From contig NC_086101.1 in assembly GCF_963921235.1 (NCBI RefSeq), positions 5,582,001 through 5,646,000 of the forward strand: a DNA stretch of 64,000 nucleotides. Reading direction: 5' to 3'. The notes below the pieces were generated by a model that saw only the letters and a program-made list of their open reading frames with translations, made no database searches and was not told the DNA's origin. Shown here piece after piece: positions 1-13,039 of this stretch. Both the position numbers and the translations under genes were made by a program. How positions within the stretch are numbered: position 1 is the stretch's first letter; the number at the start of each line of letters is the position of its first letter. This DNA is from Mobula hypostoma (Eukaryota).

Positions 1-276
1 GTGGCATTATCTTTTTTAAATACATTTTTTATGATCACAAGACCCTGCTGGACATTAAGAACTTGAAGTCCTGCAACGTCTACCCCATCGGCAAGTTGCC
101 GTTGGCAGAGAAACTGAGGGAGTTGGACTTGGTGAGAATCGTGCTGCTGCCTGTGCCAGCGAGATGCTGGAATGGGCACACGAAGGTGGTGTGCAGTCTG
201 ACAGAGACTGGTCATCTTCGTCGTTTCTCTCGCGATCGTTAACGTGGAGTGCTGCAAGACCCACTCACAGGTTTAA

Positions 277-1011
277 GTCATAGTCATAGTCAGTCATACT
301 TTATTGATCCCGGGGGAAATTGGTTTTTGTTACAGTTGCTCCATAAATAATAAATAGTAATAGAACCATAAATAGTTAAATAGTAATATGTAAATTATGC
401 CAGTAAATTATGAAATAAGTCCAGGACCAGCCTGTTGGCTCAGGGTGTCTGACCCTCCAAGGGAGGAGTTGTAAAGTTTGATGGCCACAGGCAGGAATGA
501 CTTCCTATGACGCTCTGTGCTGCATCTCGGTGGAATGAGTCTCTGACTGAATGTACTCCTGTGCCCACCCAGTACATTATGTAGTGGATGGGAGACATTG
601 TCCAAGATGGCATGCAACTTGGACAGCATCCTCTTTTCAGACACCACCGTCAGAGAGTCCAGTTCCATCCCCACAACATCACTGGCCTTACGAATGAGTT
701 TGTTGATTCTGTTGGTGTCTGCTACCCTCAGCCTGCTGCCCCAGCACACAACAGCAACCATGATCGCACTGGCCACCACAGACTCGTAGAACATCCTCAG
801 TGTCGTCCGGCAGATGTTAAAGGACCTCAGTCTCCTCAGGAAATAGAGACGGCTCTGACCCTTCTTGCAGACAGCCTCGGTGTTCTTTGACCAGTCCAGT
901 TTATTGTCAGTTTGTATCCCCAGGTATTTGTAATCCTCCACCATGTCCACACTGACCCTCTGGATGGAAACAGGGGTCACCGGTACCTTAGCTCTCCTCA
1001 GGTCTGCCACC
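277..1011 (-). mobile_element. Rex1/Babar-clade LINE, 5'-truncated 3' end (RT C-terminus + 3'UTR, (TATGAC)n tail)
   Basis: ORF 408..1010: YKYLG...KLDWSKNT...KKGQSRLYFLRRLRSFN...FYESVVASAI..VVCWG...HPLH, typical of the Rex1/Babar RT C-terminus; tail gtcatagtcatagtcagtcata at ~277-298. Confidence 0.85.
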
Positions 1012-2129
1012 AGCTCCCCCCCCCCCCCGCTGTTTAACAGCAGACAGCGGGGGGGAGCAGAGTGGCATCAGTCGTTGGGAGGTCTAGACCTCAAGCCGCG
1101 GTGTCGCCTGGTTGCAGCTGCCCAGGAGAGAGGCACCAGAGTCAGTGTGTTCCACTGGAGGCACAGCGTGCGGGCTGGGCTCAGTGCTGCCCTCCAGTGT
1201 TCGCTCAGCAGAAGACAAGCTGCATTGCATTCCACTGCAGACTGCTACAACATTCGTGGACTTGGAATGTATATTTTTGTGTGTGACTGTATTTTTCTGC
1301 CATCTTACACATGCTTGCTATCTATATGTGTTTTATGTTCTGTGTGACTGTCGGTACTGTGTTTTCAACCTTGACCCCGGAGAAATGCTGTTTCATTTGG
1401 CTGTATTCATGTGTACTCATGTATTGTCGAACGACAATTAGACTTGAACCTGCACTGCTGTTGCAGAGTGACAGAAGTCAGTGGTAACAAACTTGGTTTT
1501 CAATCTGAGTTGCTAGTCTAATAACTGATTCAGAACACTGTCTAATCCAAATGCTGCCAGGCCTTTATTAACAGAAATCAGACCAGTAACAGGAGGCTCT
1601 GCAGATGTGAGGATAAGCAAGGATGCTGACGCTTCTGGAGCAGTGTCCACTGTCTGGCAGAGGAGTTGCTAAGCTCTGGTACGGGCTGAACGTGGGTGGC
1701 GGGCGCCAAGCCGAAAGCGAGGGTCAAGCCTCTGCTTGGCTGATTTAAGCACAGGACCAGATTGCAAAGGTCGGGGTGTTGGGGCCAGAGGTGTGAGGCA
1801 GGTCTGTGTTCAGCTCACTGTTCTGTGAGCTTTACTCATCTCTGCGTTGAACCGAGGCTGTAGCCTGCAACCAATGGACCCTTGCACCGACTGCCGAGGC
1901 GAGCTGGCTTCGTGGTTGTGCACTCAATTCCGTGAACTTTAGTTCTCAGTGTTACTTGTTTACTTTTCATTGTTTTCCCAATTTGTTTTTTTCTGCATAT
2001 TGGGTATTTGACAGGGTTCCTAGTCTTGTGGCTGCCTTCAAGAAGGCAAAACTCAAGGTTGTGTAGCGCATACATACTTCAATAATAAATGTACTTTGAA
2101 CAAAGTCTGTTCTGTCAATGTGGTATAGG

Positions 2130-2280
2130 AGAGCCCCTGGCCATTATTCTCCAGAAGGACAGGAGAGCTTTTCACCTGCATCCTGGCTGATATTTATCCC
2201 TGAAGCAATATTTCTGAAGACAGTATCAGTCTAGACCTTTCACCCTGCTGTTTGTGGGATCTTGCCATACGTAATTTCCC
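2130..2280 (+). mobile_element. Ancient DeuSINE (SacSINE1/AmnSINE-like) remnant
   Basis: 'tcctggctgatatttatccct...tgctgtttgtgggatcttgc' resembles the DeuSINE body as I recall it (tcctggccaatatttatccctc...ttgctgtttgtgggagcttgc). Confidence 0.55.
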
Positions 2281-2384
2281 TTTTGGTGAATGGAGGAAAA
2301 GATTCTGCAATTACAAGCAAGCATATGGACTTTGCACATCCATACTCACATCGTTCTACAGGGGTACAGTGGAGAGCTTTCTAA

Positions 2385-3605
2385 CAAGCTGCATCACTGC
2401 TGGGTAGAGGATGTGAACTGCCTTAGAGAGGAAGGCTCTACAACAGGCTGTCAAAACTGCCCAACGTATCACTGGCACCAGCCTACCTGTCGTCAAGGAC
2501 ATAGTCATAGTCATAGTCATACTTTATTGATCCCGGGGGAAATTGGTTTTCGTTACAGTTGCACCATAAATAATAAATAGTAATAAAACCATAAATAGTT
2601 AAATAGTAATATGTAAATTATGCCAGGAAATAAGTCCAGGACCAGCCTATTGGCTCAGGGTGTCTGACCCTCCAAGGGAGGAGTTGTAAAGTTTGATGGC
2701 CACAGGCAGGAATGACTTTCTATGACGCTCAGTGCTGCATCTCGGTGGAATGAGTCTCTGGCTGAATGTACTCCTGTGCCCACCCAGTACATTATGTAGT
2801 GGATGGGAGACATTGTCCAAGATGGCATGCAACTTGGACAGCATCCTCTTTTCAGATACCACTGTCAGAGAGTCCAGTTCCATCCCCACAACATCACTGG
2901 CCTTACGAATGAGTTTGTTGATTCTGTCGGTGTCTGCTACCCTCAGCCTGCTGCCCCAGCACACAACAGCAAACATGATCGCACTGGCCACCACAGACTC
3001 GTAGAACATCCTCAGCATCGTCCGGCAGATGTTAAAGGACCTCAGTCTCCTCAGGAAATAGAGACGGCTCTGACCCTTCTTGTAGACAGCCTCAGTGTTC
3101 TTTGACCAGTCCAGTTTATTGTCAATTCGTATCCCCAGGTATTTGTAATCATAATACAGAAAGGTGACTGAAAAGGCCTGTAATATCATGAGGGTTTCCA
3201 TACACCCTGCTCATGGACTGCTTGTCCCACTTGCAGGCTACATAGCATCCAGATCAGGACCAGCAGGCTCAGAAGCTACTTTCCCCAAGCGGTAAGGCTG
3301 ATCAACACCTCCCCCCACTAATCCACCCTACACATCCCCAAGCACGACTACTTTATCATCATCTCCTGTCAGTCACCTTATGTACAGACACTCTCATGCC
3401 CAATGTCACCTTATGGACGTACAATCTATCTATGCATAAAGTATTTATATTTATTGTGGTTTTTAAAAATGTTCATTCTTGTGTTCTTTATCTGCTGTGT
3501 GTGTGTTTTTTGTGTTGCATCAGATCCACATTAACAATTATTTCATTCTCCTTTACACGTGTGTACAGGAAATGACATTAAACAGTGTTCACTCCTGATC
3601 TTGAA
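2385..3605 (+). mobile_element. Older Rex1/Babar 3' fragment interrupted by a younger antisense Rex1 copy
   Basis: Degenerate RT C-terminus breaks at 'aaggacata' (~2503) and resumes at ~3151 (caccctgctcatggactg = HPAHGL); the same family is at 21250-22820. Confidence 0.65.
2502..3150 (-). mobile_element. Rex1/Babar LINE 3' end, near-identical to 277-1011
   Basis: ORF 2647..3201 matches ORF 408..1010 almost residue for residue; (TATGAC)n tail. Confidence 0.85.
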
Positions 3606-3774
3606 GTGAAAGGAACGTGGGAGTTTTTAAGAATGAGGTCTGGTAACTTTGATGGTTATTTGCAATTCCAGGGACTCAGAAAGCATTGACAGGAGTATCA
3701 CATTAGAGACACAAAAAGCTCCTATTGAGGTACGCTCAGCTTCCTGTCTGGTGAAGATTGAAATAACAATTTAA

Positions 3775-4100
3775 AGATTTAAAATTAGCCTTACTGCTCA
3801 CAAATATACTGAAACATCCAAACGTTCAGGGAAATGTGTCATTTGTGTTAACGACCAGCACAGTCTGAGGATCCACCGGGTGGGCAGCCCACAAGTGTTG
3901 GCATGCTTCTGTCGTCAATATAGCCCGCGCACGACCTAACCTGTGTGTCTTTGGACTGTGGGAGGCAACCAGAACTCCTGGAGGAAACCCACACGGTCAC
4001 AGGGGAGGACGTACAAACTCCTTACAGGCAGTGGTGGGAATTGAACCCCGGTCTTACAGGTAACAGCGAGAAGCATTACGCTAATGTGCACACGACTGTA
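3775..4100 (-). mobile_element. tRNA-derived V-SINE with a non-CR1 tail
   Basis: Reverse complement of the V-core ('tctttggactgtgggaggcaaccagaactcctggaggaaacccac') and of a B-box ('gggaattgaaccc'); tail shared with 12760-13010 and 23950-24080. Confidence 0.65.
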
Positions 4101-4329
4101 GTGATGGTGTGCTTACTGGAGTCTGAAGTTTTATTGAAGAGTGTGAAGAGAGGCCAAGTGCCCTGAACCCTTGAAGCCCTCATACTGGGGGATGAGCAGG
4201 CGATCAGAAACACGCCATAGTGCCCAGTTCATTTCCCTTCCTGTGTGGTCTGTCAAGATCTGTCCTAACTGGAGCACACGCATTTGGCTTGCTTTGTCTT
4301 GTCTTGTCATTGATATGAACATAGATTGC

Positions 4330-4690
4330 CCCCAGCGGTTTGTTTTTCCCCTCCATTTCCCTCTTCTTCATTTCCTCGGTCTGGCCCCTTACCTCTTCTC
4401 CCTGGTGCCTGTCACCTCTCCCTGGTGCACCTCCTCCTCCCTTCCCCTCCTCTCCTACTGGATTCCTCAATCCTCAGCCCTTTTCCACCTATCACATCCC
4501 AGCCTCACTTCCTCCCCCACCCCCTCCCACACCCACCTGGCTTCACCCATCAGCTACTAGCCTGTCCCACTTCCCCTCCCCGCACCTCCTTATTCCGTTC
4601 CTTTCCAGTCCTGATTGGCCCAAAACGTCGCCTGTTTATTCCCCTCCATAGACGCTGCCTGACCTGCCGAGCTCCTCCAGCATTTTGTGA
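4330..4690 (+). mobile_element. Penelope-like element 3' terminal repeat (pLTR) fragment
   Basis: Pyrimidine-rich body followed by 'cagtcctga...aaacgtcg...gacgctgcctgacctgccgagctcctccagcattttgtg'. Confidence 0.75.
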
Positions 4691-4734
4691 GGGTCGCCTT
4701 ACACTACTCTGTCATACTTTTGCACTTTTACCTC

Positions 4735-5157
4735 CCCTCATCTTTCTCTGGAATGGCGAGGCTGGGGGAGACCTGATGGAGGTTTATAAGATTATGAGAG
4801 GCATAGATGGGTTAGAGAAACTATCTTTTCCCAGGGTTGAAATGTATAATACTACAGGGCATGCACTTAAGCTGAGAGGGGGTAATTTTAAAGAAGATGT
4901 GAGGGGCAAGGTTTTTACACAGAGGGCGGTGGGTGTCTGGGCTGCACTACCTGGGGCGATGGTAGAAGCAGGGACATAAGAGACTTCTAAGAGATATTTA
5001 GATAGGCACATGAATATGAAGAAAACAGAAAGATATGAATGTTGTGTAAGCAGAAGAGATTAGTTTAGTTGACCTCTTGATCACCAATTTAATTGGTTTG
5101 GCTCAGCATTGTGGGTCAAAGGCCTGCTTCCCATGCTATGGCGTTCTATGTTCTACA
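4735..5157 (+). mobile_element. CR1 LINE 3' fragment
   Basis: GDLMEVYKIMRGID...FPRV...TTGHALKLRGG...FTQRAV; 'ttctatgttcta' tail. Confidence 0.85.
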
Positions 5158-5554
5158 TCCAGAGGATTCTTCTTCACTGATGATAAAATCTGGCAAGAGT
5201 AACTCTTTCCATTCATTATTTGACATTCTGCATCAAAGTGGCCCATAAGGGGAACTCCCCATGTCGGTTCTCTCCGATATGCACCCTTCTCACGCCAAAC
5301 GGAGAGCCAGCAGGATGACTTCAGTTCAAAGTCATTCTCTTTCTTAACAGACGTTGATAGTTTTATAACCCTGACAAGGGAGAGCAGTATAATTTCATGT
5401 ATTTGGAATTGGCTAACAGTCATGGGCACATTGAAGCAGGATATGACTCAGCCTTTTACAGTCAAGTGAAATAATTCATCAATCACAATACTTCAAGAAT
5501 GGGAGAAACAAAAACAATACTATCTTCTCCCTGTGAAAAAAAGAGTCAGCGTGT

Positions 5555-8075
5555 TCTGCACAATGACTCCCAAGCCCCTTTGCATCTCAGATTGTTGGGT
5601 TTTCTCCTCGTTTAGAAAATAGTCTGCACATTTATTTCTTCTACTAAAGTGTATAATTATGCAATTTTCCAATATTGTAATTTATTTGCCACTTTCTTGC
5701 CCATTCTCCTCACCTGTCTAAGTCCTTCTGCAGCCTATCTGTTTCCTCAACACGACCTGCTCACCAATCTTCGTATCATCTGCAAACTTGGCAACAAAGC
5801 CATTGATTCTATCATCTAAATCATTGATATACAGCATAAAAAGAAGTGGTCCCAACACTGACCCCTGTTGAACACCACTAGTCACTGACAGCCAGCCAGA
5901 AAAGGATCCTTTTATTCCCACTCGCTACCTCCTACCAATCAGCCAATGCTCTAATCATATTAGTAACTTTCCGTAATACCATGAGCTCTTAACTTGGTAA
6001 GTAGCCTCATGTGTGGCACCTTGTCAAAGGCCTTCTGAAAGTCCAAATGTACAATAACCACTGCATCCCTTTGATCTATCCTACTTGTAATCTCCTCAAA
6101 GAATTCCAACAAGTTTGTCAGGCAAGATTTTCCCTTAAGGAAACAATGCTGACTTTGACCTATCTTGCCCTGTGTCACCTGGTATTCCATAACCCTCTCC
6201 TTAACAATGACTCTAACATCTTCCCAACCACTGAGGTCGGGTTAACTGGTCATAATTTTAGCAACACACATAAAAAATACTGGTGGAACGCAGCAGGCCA
6301 GGCACCATAGCAAGAAGTACAGTCAACGTTTTGGGCTGAGACCCTCCACAGTCTCTACCACTATCTCTTTCAGAACCCTGGGGAGCAGTTCATCTGGTCC
6401 GGGTGACTCATGTACCCTTGGATCTTTCAGCTTTTTGAGCACCTTCTCCCTTATAATAGTAACTGCACTCACTTCCCTTCCCTCACACCCTTCAACATCA
6501 GGCACACAGCTAGTGTCTTCCACGGTGAAGACTGATACAAAATACTCATCTGCAAATCATACAAAATGTTCATCTGCCATCTCCTTGGCCCCTGCTATTA
6601 CTTCTCCGACCTCATTTTCTAGCAGTCTTATATCCACTCTCATCTATGTTTTACATACTTGAAAAAGCTTTTACTACCCACTTTGATATTGTTTTCTGGT
6701 GAAATTTCATATTTCATCTTTTTCCTCCTAATGATTCTTCTAATTGCTTCCCAATCCTCTTATCTTCCCACTAACTTTTGCTTTGTTGTAAGCCCTCTCT
6801 TTTGCTTTTACATTAGCCTTGACTTCCCTTGTCAGCCACAGTTGTAATATTTTGCATTTGAGTATTTGTTTGTTTTTGGAATACATCTATCCTGCACCTT
6901 CCTCATTTCTGCCGGAGATTCACACCATTGCTCCTCTGCTGTCATCCCTGCCAGAACACCTCTCTCATACCACTGTATTAATGCCATGTCAGACTTTACT
7001 TTCTCCCTATCCAGTTTCAAGCTGAACTCAATCATACTGTGATCACTGGTTCCTAAGGGTTCTTTCACCTTAAGCTCACTAATTCCCTCCAGTTCATTAC
7101 ATAACAGCCAATCTAGTACACACAAAATAATCTGCAGATCCTGGGGTCAAAGCAATAGTTACAACACGCTGGGGGAACTCAGCAGGCCGGGCAGCATCAG
7201 TGGAAAAGATCATTTTGGGCCGGAACCCTTCGTCAGGACGTTCTGTGTCCTGACAACCCTTGTGTCCTGACGAAGGGTTCCGGCCTGAAATGTCGACCGA
7301 TCTTTTCCACAGATGCTGTCTGGCCTGTTGAGTTCCTCCAGCGTGCTGTGACTGTAGCCAATCTAGTATAGGTGATCCCCTTGTAGGCTCAATGACAAAC
7401 TGCTCTAGAAAGCTATCTCTTAGGCATCAAACAAACTCACGCTCCTGAGATCAATTACCAACCCAATTTTCCCAATTGACCTGCGTGTTGAAATCTCCTA
7501 TGATTATATAACATTGCCCTTTAATATGCCTTTTCTATTTCCCATTGTAATCTGTGGACCACATCCCAGCTCCTGATTGGAGGCCTGTAGATAACTGCCA
7601 TGAGGGTCCTTTTCCCCTGGCAGCTTTTTAACTCAACCCACAAGGGTTCAACATCTTCCAATCCTATGTCACATCTTTCTACTGATTTGATGCCATTCTT
7701 TACCAGTAAAACCACTCCACTCCCTCTGTCTACCTTCCTATTCTTCCAATACAACATGTAACCATGGACATTCAGCTCCCAACTACAACCATCCTTCTGT
7801 CACAATTTAGTGATGGCCACATGACTGACAATCTGTAAAAGTACAACAAGATCATCCACCATATTTCCTACACTCCGTACATTGGGGTATAACATTTTGA
7901 GTACAGTACCTGTTACCCTATTTGATTCTGCATTCTTAATGCACTGATACTCACCCTGCTGGATGCAATTTTGTCCTGTCATCTGCCTGCCCTTCCTGAC
8001 AGTCTGACTGCACACTATCTTTGCTTTTTTACCATCCGTCCTATCTCGAGTCCCTTCACTCCGGTTCCCACACAG
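5555..8075 (-). mobile_element. Degenerate, internally deleted CR1 LINE (endonuclease to RT) with Penelope inserts
   Basis: ORFs contain SGVQQGSVLGP, KFADDTK, KGKSCLTNLLEFF, DFQKAFDKVPH, SPGPD, SDHSMIEF and YRPP. Confidence 0.85.
7119..7355. mobile_element. Palindromic mini-Penelope insertion (inverted pLTR ends), 13-bp TSD
   Basis: TSD agccaatctagta at 7106-7118 and 7356-7368; the two arms are reverse complements of each other. Confidence 0.85.
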
Positions 8076-8354
8076 GGGTGCTGTGGTAGCCGGAGTGCAG
8101 CGGAGCGCGTCCGGCACCTCTTTAAGAAAAAAGCCGAAATAAACAAGCTAGTTAATCAGGTGCTGCCCAGGGTGATTTGAGTATCTCAGAAACTGCTGAT
8201 CTCCTGCCAAAAACATCCAGCGAGTGGATTTAACAAGATGTTTTCACTCTCAGAACAGCCACTCACTAGATATTTTTTTTTTGTTTTTGGCACCATTATT
8301 TGTGAACTCCAGAGTCTGTTGTACATAAAACTCCCAGGATAGTGACCTGTTTCT

Positions 8355-10650
8355 ACCCTTACAGGCATGGATAGAGGATTGACTGGGCGGGAGACAAAGA
8401 ACGGGAATAAAGGGGGCTTTTTCTGTTGGCTGCTGGTGGCTAGTGGTATTCCGCAGGGGTCGCTGTTGGGATCACTTCTTTTCATTCAGTGATTTGGATG
8501 AAGGTACTGATTGCCTTGTGGCCAAGTTTGTGGACGATATGAAGAAAGGTGCAGGGACAGATAGTTTTGGAGAGGCAGGGTGTCTGCAGAAGAAGGGACA
8601 AATTGGGAGAATGGGTAAAGAAGATGGAATATAGTGTGGGGAAGTCCGTGATCGTGCAGTTTGGTAGAAGGAATAAAGGCATAAGACTGTCTTTTAAATA
8701 GCGAGAAAATTCAAATGCAGCGGTACAAAAGGAGTCCTCGTGTAGAACTTCCTAAAGGTTAACTTGGTGCAGGGGAAACCAAATGCAATGTTAGCGTTCA
8801 TTTCATTCCTCGGATCATTCTCGTGGATCTCCTCTGGACCCTCTCCATTGCCAGCACAACTTTTTTCAGGTATGGTGCCCAGAACTGCTTACAGTACTCC
8901 AAGTGTGGTCTGACCAATACCTCAGCATTACATACTTGTATTCTGGTCCTCTCGAAATGAATGCTAACATTACGTTTGCCTTCTCACCACCGACTCAACT
9001 CTCGCCCGTCTCACTTGGTGGTGTGAGGTCAGGGCCTATGATGTTCACACCATGATCCACCTGTTCTGGACAGTGTAAAGACGCCGCAGCCACCTGCCTG
9101 TCGAGCTGCTCGAGAACTCACTGGGAATACACGGCAGACCTGTGGGCCCCTCCTGATCCGTTTTCCCCAAATCCGTGAGGACTCAAAACTACTATTAGGA
9201 TCGAATCCAACATATGTTGGTTGTATCTCGCTGGTTTCCGGCACCTGTTTTGCAGCCTATCCCAGATGTGAAAATAGTTTGTGGCTGGCTCTGCTAACTG
9301 ATGCCGTGAATCACAACTCAAATCGTTCCCCAGAGGTGAAGTTTTGATGAATACATGCAGATAGACTGATGTAACACGCTGATTGACCTGGCACAAAGAG
9401 TGAATAAACAGATTGACTGTAAACTCCTGGGGGCTGAAATACTTGTCTCTACACACAATAGTAGATGATTATGGTCTGTCATTCCTCAAGATGAACGTCC
9501 AACAGCAAAGGGCAAAACGATCCTTTTCCTCATGCCCTCTTCTCATTGCCACCATCAGCGAGCAGCTACAGGAGTCTGCAGACACACACTCAATGCCTCT
9601 TCCCCATCAGATTTCTGAGTGGACAATGAGCCCATGAACACTCACTCACTGCGTGCTCTTGTTCTGCACTACCTTTTTAATATTTATATCTTCTTGTAAC
9701 TTTTAGTATTTTTTATGTAGTGCACTGTACTGCTGCCACAAAGCTACAAATCTGTCCGGTAATAATGAACACGATTCTGACTGTCAGAAGCTTCTAGTTT
9801 CTGTCCAGAAACCATAAGGCCGTAAGATTGGAGCACAGTCAGGCCATTCAGCCCATCATGTCCCCTCCTGCCTTGTCCCCATAGCCTTTCCTGTCCTGAC
9901 AGATCAAGAATCTATCAATCTCCGCCTTAAATACACTCAATGACTTGGCGGCCCCAGCTGCCTATGGCCACGAATTGCACAGATTCACCACCCCCGGGCT
10001 GAAGAAATTCCTCCTCACCTCTATTCTAAATGGACGCCCCTCTATTCTGAAGCTGGACAGTGCTGCTCGTTGAGCTAGAAGGGTCAATTTCCAATATAGG
10101 AAACATCCATTCTGTCGAGGCCTTTCAACATCCAACAGGTTTCAATTACATCTCTCCCTCCCCCACCCCAAATTTCCAGTGAGTACAGGCCCAGAGCCAT
10201 CAAACGCTCCTCAACAATGAGCCTTTGAATACCGGCATCATTTTTGTGGACCTTCTTTGAATCCTCTAAAATGTCAGCACGTCCTTTCTTTTGCCTTCCT
10301 TTGCAACACTGCATTTCCCTTCCTCTTCACCAACTCATCCTGCAGGTTAACCTCCAGGGAATCCTGCATGAGGTCCCTGCTCACCTCAGACTTTTGAATT
10401 TTCTTCCCATTTAGAAAATAGGCTTCACTTCTATTCCTCCTACCAAGGAGCATGGCCATACGCTTCCTAACTGCTGTCTTTTTTTTTGCCACTTCTTTGC
10501 CATTCTCCTAATCTGTCCAAGACCTGCATTTGCTTCCTTAACACTACCTGCTCCTCCACCCATCTTCATATCGTCTGCAAACTTGGCCATAAGTTCATCA
10601 ATTCCATCATTCAAATCATTGACATATAACATAAAAAGGAGCATTCCCAA
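8355..10650. mobile_element. Several degenerate CR1 RT fragments (+ 8355-8810; - 8810-9000; - 9810-10650)
   Basis: SGIPQG, KFVDD and AKFADDMK motifs; CR1 3'UTR ('ggccattcagccc', 'ccataag' tail). Confidence 0.7.
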
Positions 10651-11069
10651 CATTGATAATAAGTTTCCTTGTCTTTCCAAACTGTTCCACAGGAAGTGCC
10701 ACACTGTTGAAGGGTTCAAGATTCGAGAGTGTTTAGTGTCATTTCCAGTGCAGAAGTGTAAAGGTAAACAAAATAATTTTAACTCCACATCTGAAGCAGC
10801 ACAAAAACAGATAATTAGATAAAGAACAGAATATTAAAAAAACAATAGATATAAATACATAAGACAGTTTATATAAGAAGACTGATTGTACGTCCATCCA
10901 GTGACAGTGGACGCAGTAGTATCACGGGGCGGGCTGTTACCTGCTGTTGGAAAGGCAAGCCAGTGCCACGGGGGCAATGTCAATGCAGCACTCCACCATG
11001 GGAGTTTCCTAACTGCTATGCTAGCGTGCCACGCGGGTACGGATTGGTGGGCTAACGAACGAATTTTAC

Positions 11070-12192
11070 TTAGCAAAAAATTCAGTCGCTAGGTATACAT
11101 GGAGAGGTGGTAAATTGGATTAGACATTGGCTCAATGGAAGAAGCCAGAGAGTAGTGGTAGAGAATTGCTTCTCTGAGTGGAGGCCTGTGACTAGTGGTG
11201 TGCCACAGGGATCAGTGCTGGATCCATTGTAATTTGTCATCTATATCAATGATCTGGATGATAATGTGGTAAATTGGATCAGCAAATTTGCTGATGTTAC
11301 CAAGATTGGAGGTGTAGAAGACAGTGAGGAAGGTTTTCAGAGGACTTGGACCAGCTGGAAAAATGGGCTGAAAAATGGCAGGTGGAGTTTAATACAGACA
11401 AGTGTGAGGTATTGCACTTTGGAAGGACAAACCAAGGTAGAACATACAGGGTAAATGGTAAGGCACTGAGGAGTGCAGTAGAACAGAGGGATCTGGGAAT
11501 ACAGATACAAAATTCCCTAAAAGTGGCGTCTCAGGTAGATAGGGTCATAAAGAGAGCTTTTGGTACATTGGCCTTTATTAATCAAAGTATTGAGTATAAG
11601 AGCTGGAATGTTATGATGAGGTTGTATAAGGCATTGGTGAGGCCAAATCTGGAGTATTGTGTTCAGTTTTGGTCACCAAATTACAGGAAGGATATAAATA
11701 AGGTTGAAAGAGTGCAGAGAAGGTTTACAAGGATGCTGCCGGGACTTGAGAAACTCAGTTACAGAGAAAGGTTGAATAGGTTAGGACTTTATTCCCTGGA
11801 GCATAGAAGAATGAGGGGAGATTTGATAGAGGTATATAAAATTATGATGAGTATAGATAGAGTGAATGCAAGCAGGCTTTTTCCACTGAGGCAAGGGGAG
11901 AAAAAAACCAGAGGACATGGGTTAAGGGTGAGGGGGAAAAGTTTAAAGGGAACATTAGTGGGGGCTTCTTCACACAGAGAGTGGTGGGAGTATGGAATGA
12001 GCTGCCAGACGAGGTGGTAAATGCAGGTTCTTTTTTAACATTTAAGAATAAACTGGACAGATACATGGATGGGAGGTGTATGGAGGGATATGGTCCGTGT
12101 GCAGGTCAGTGGGACTAGGCAGAAAATGGTTCGGCACAGCCAAGAAGGGCCAAAAGGCCTGTTTCTGTGCTGTAGTTTCTATGGTTTCTATG
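11070..12192 (+). mobile_element. Young CR1 LINE, 5'-truncated (family A), (TTTCTATGG)n tail
   Basis: ORF 11346..12020 is the RT C-terminus (QRDLG, LYKALVRPNLEYCVQFWSP, RGDLIEVYK); near-identical to 36547-37960 and 56900-58240. Confidence 0.92.
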
Positions 12193-12194
12193 AT

Positions 12195-12432
12195 ACAGTG
12201 TGGAACAAGCTGCACCACCCAGCAACCCATCTGTTTAACCCTGGCCTCACCACAGGACGGTTTACAACGACCAGTTAACCGACTAACCGGTATGCCATTG
12301 GACTGTGGGAGGAAACCAGAGCACCCAGAGGAAAGCCATGCGTACACAGAGAACCACCTTACAGAAGGTGCTGGAATTGAGCTCCGGACTCTGCAATAGC
12401 GTCACACTAACTGCTTGGCGACTATGGAGCCG
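12195..12432 (-). mobile_element. HE1-like V-SINE
   Basis: Reverse complement of the V-core 'ttggactgtgggaggaaaccagagcacccagaggaaa' and of a B-box 'ggaattgagctc'. Confidence 0.75.
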
Positions 12433-12759
12433 TGAACTGCTGAGACCCTCTAGCATGTAGTGAGTGGTGAGGGAGTGTTACATTGCTGGATGGACGGCGA
12501 TGAGGGAGCAACGCACTGTTGGAGCACTACTGAGGGAACGCCATAGCCAAGAGGGATCATACGTGGCTTTGCTACGCAGTCGTGGGGCAGTGCTAGGAAA
12601 GCACCCTGCCACAGGAGTCTCTCACGATTGGAGGCACCATGCTAGAGCAGTGGGATGATGCTGAGAGGGTGCTGGCGTTGTCAGAAGGGTAAACACACAC
12701 AAAATGCTGGAGGTCCCTCAGCAAGTCAGGCAGCATCTAAGAAGAGAAATAAGCACCAG

Positions 12760-13010
12760 TGATTGAGTTTCAGTTACTGCTGCTGTCTGTATGGTCTTTG
12801 CACATTCTCCCTGTGAATTCCTCTTGCTCCAGATCCTTGCCACATCCCAAAGATGTACAAGTTGGGATTGGTGAGTTGTGGGCACGCTACGTTGGTGCTG
12901 TAGGCATGGCAACAGTTGCGGGCTGCCCCCAGCACATCCTCAGACTGCCTTGGTCACTGATGCAAAACACATTTCACTGTGTATGTGACAAATAAAGCTA
13001 ATCTTCACAT
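12760..13010 (+). mobile_element. V-SINE with alternative tail
   Basis: 'tttgcacattctccctgtg...ccacatcccaaagatgt' core followed by 'gcgggctgcccccagcacatcc...aataaagctaatctt'. Confidence 0.6.
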
Positions 13011-13039
13011 TTGACACAAGAGGATATTGGAAGTACTGA

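Noticed and set aside
5136..5429. Unique-sequence ORFs (5136..5429, 4131..4322, 9118..9456) as host CDS
   Set aside because: No recognisable domain and no supported splice chain. The 5.15-5.4 and 9.0-9.4 kb blocks are kept only as possible exons under the 21-kb candidate.
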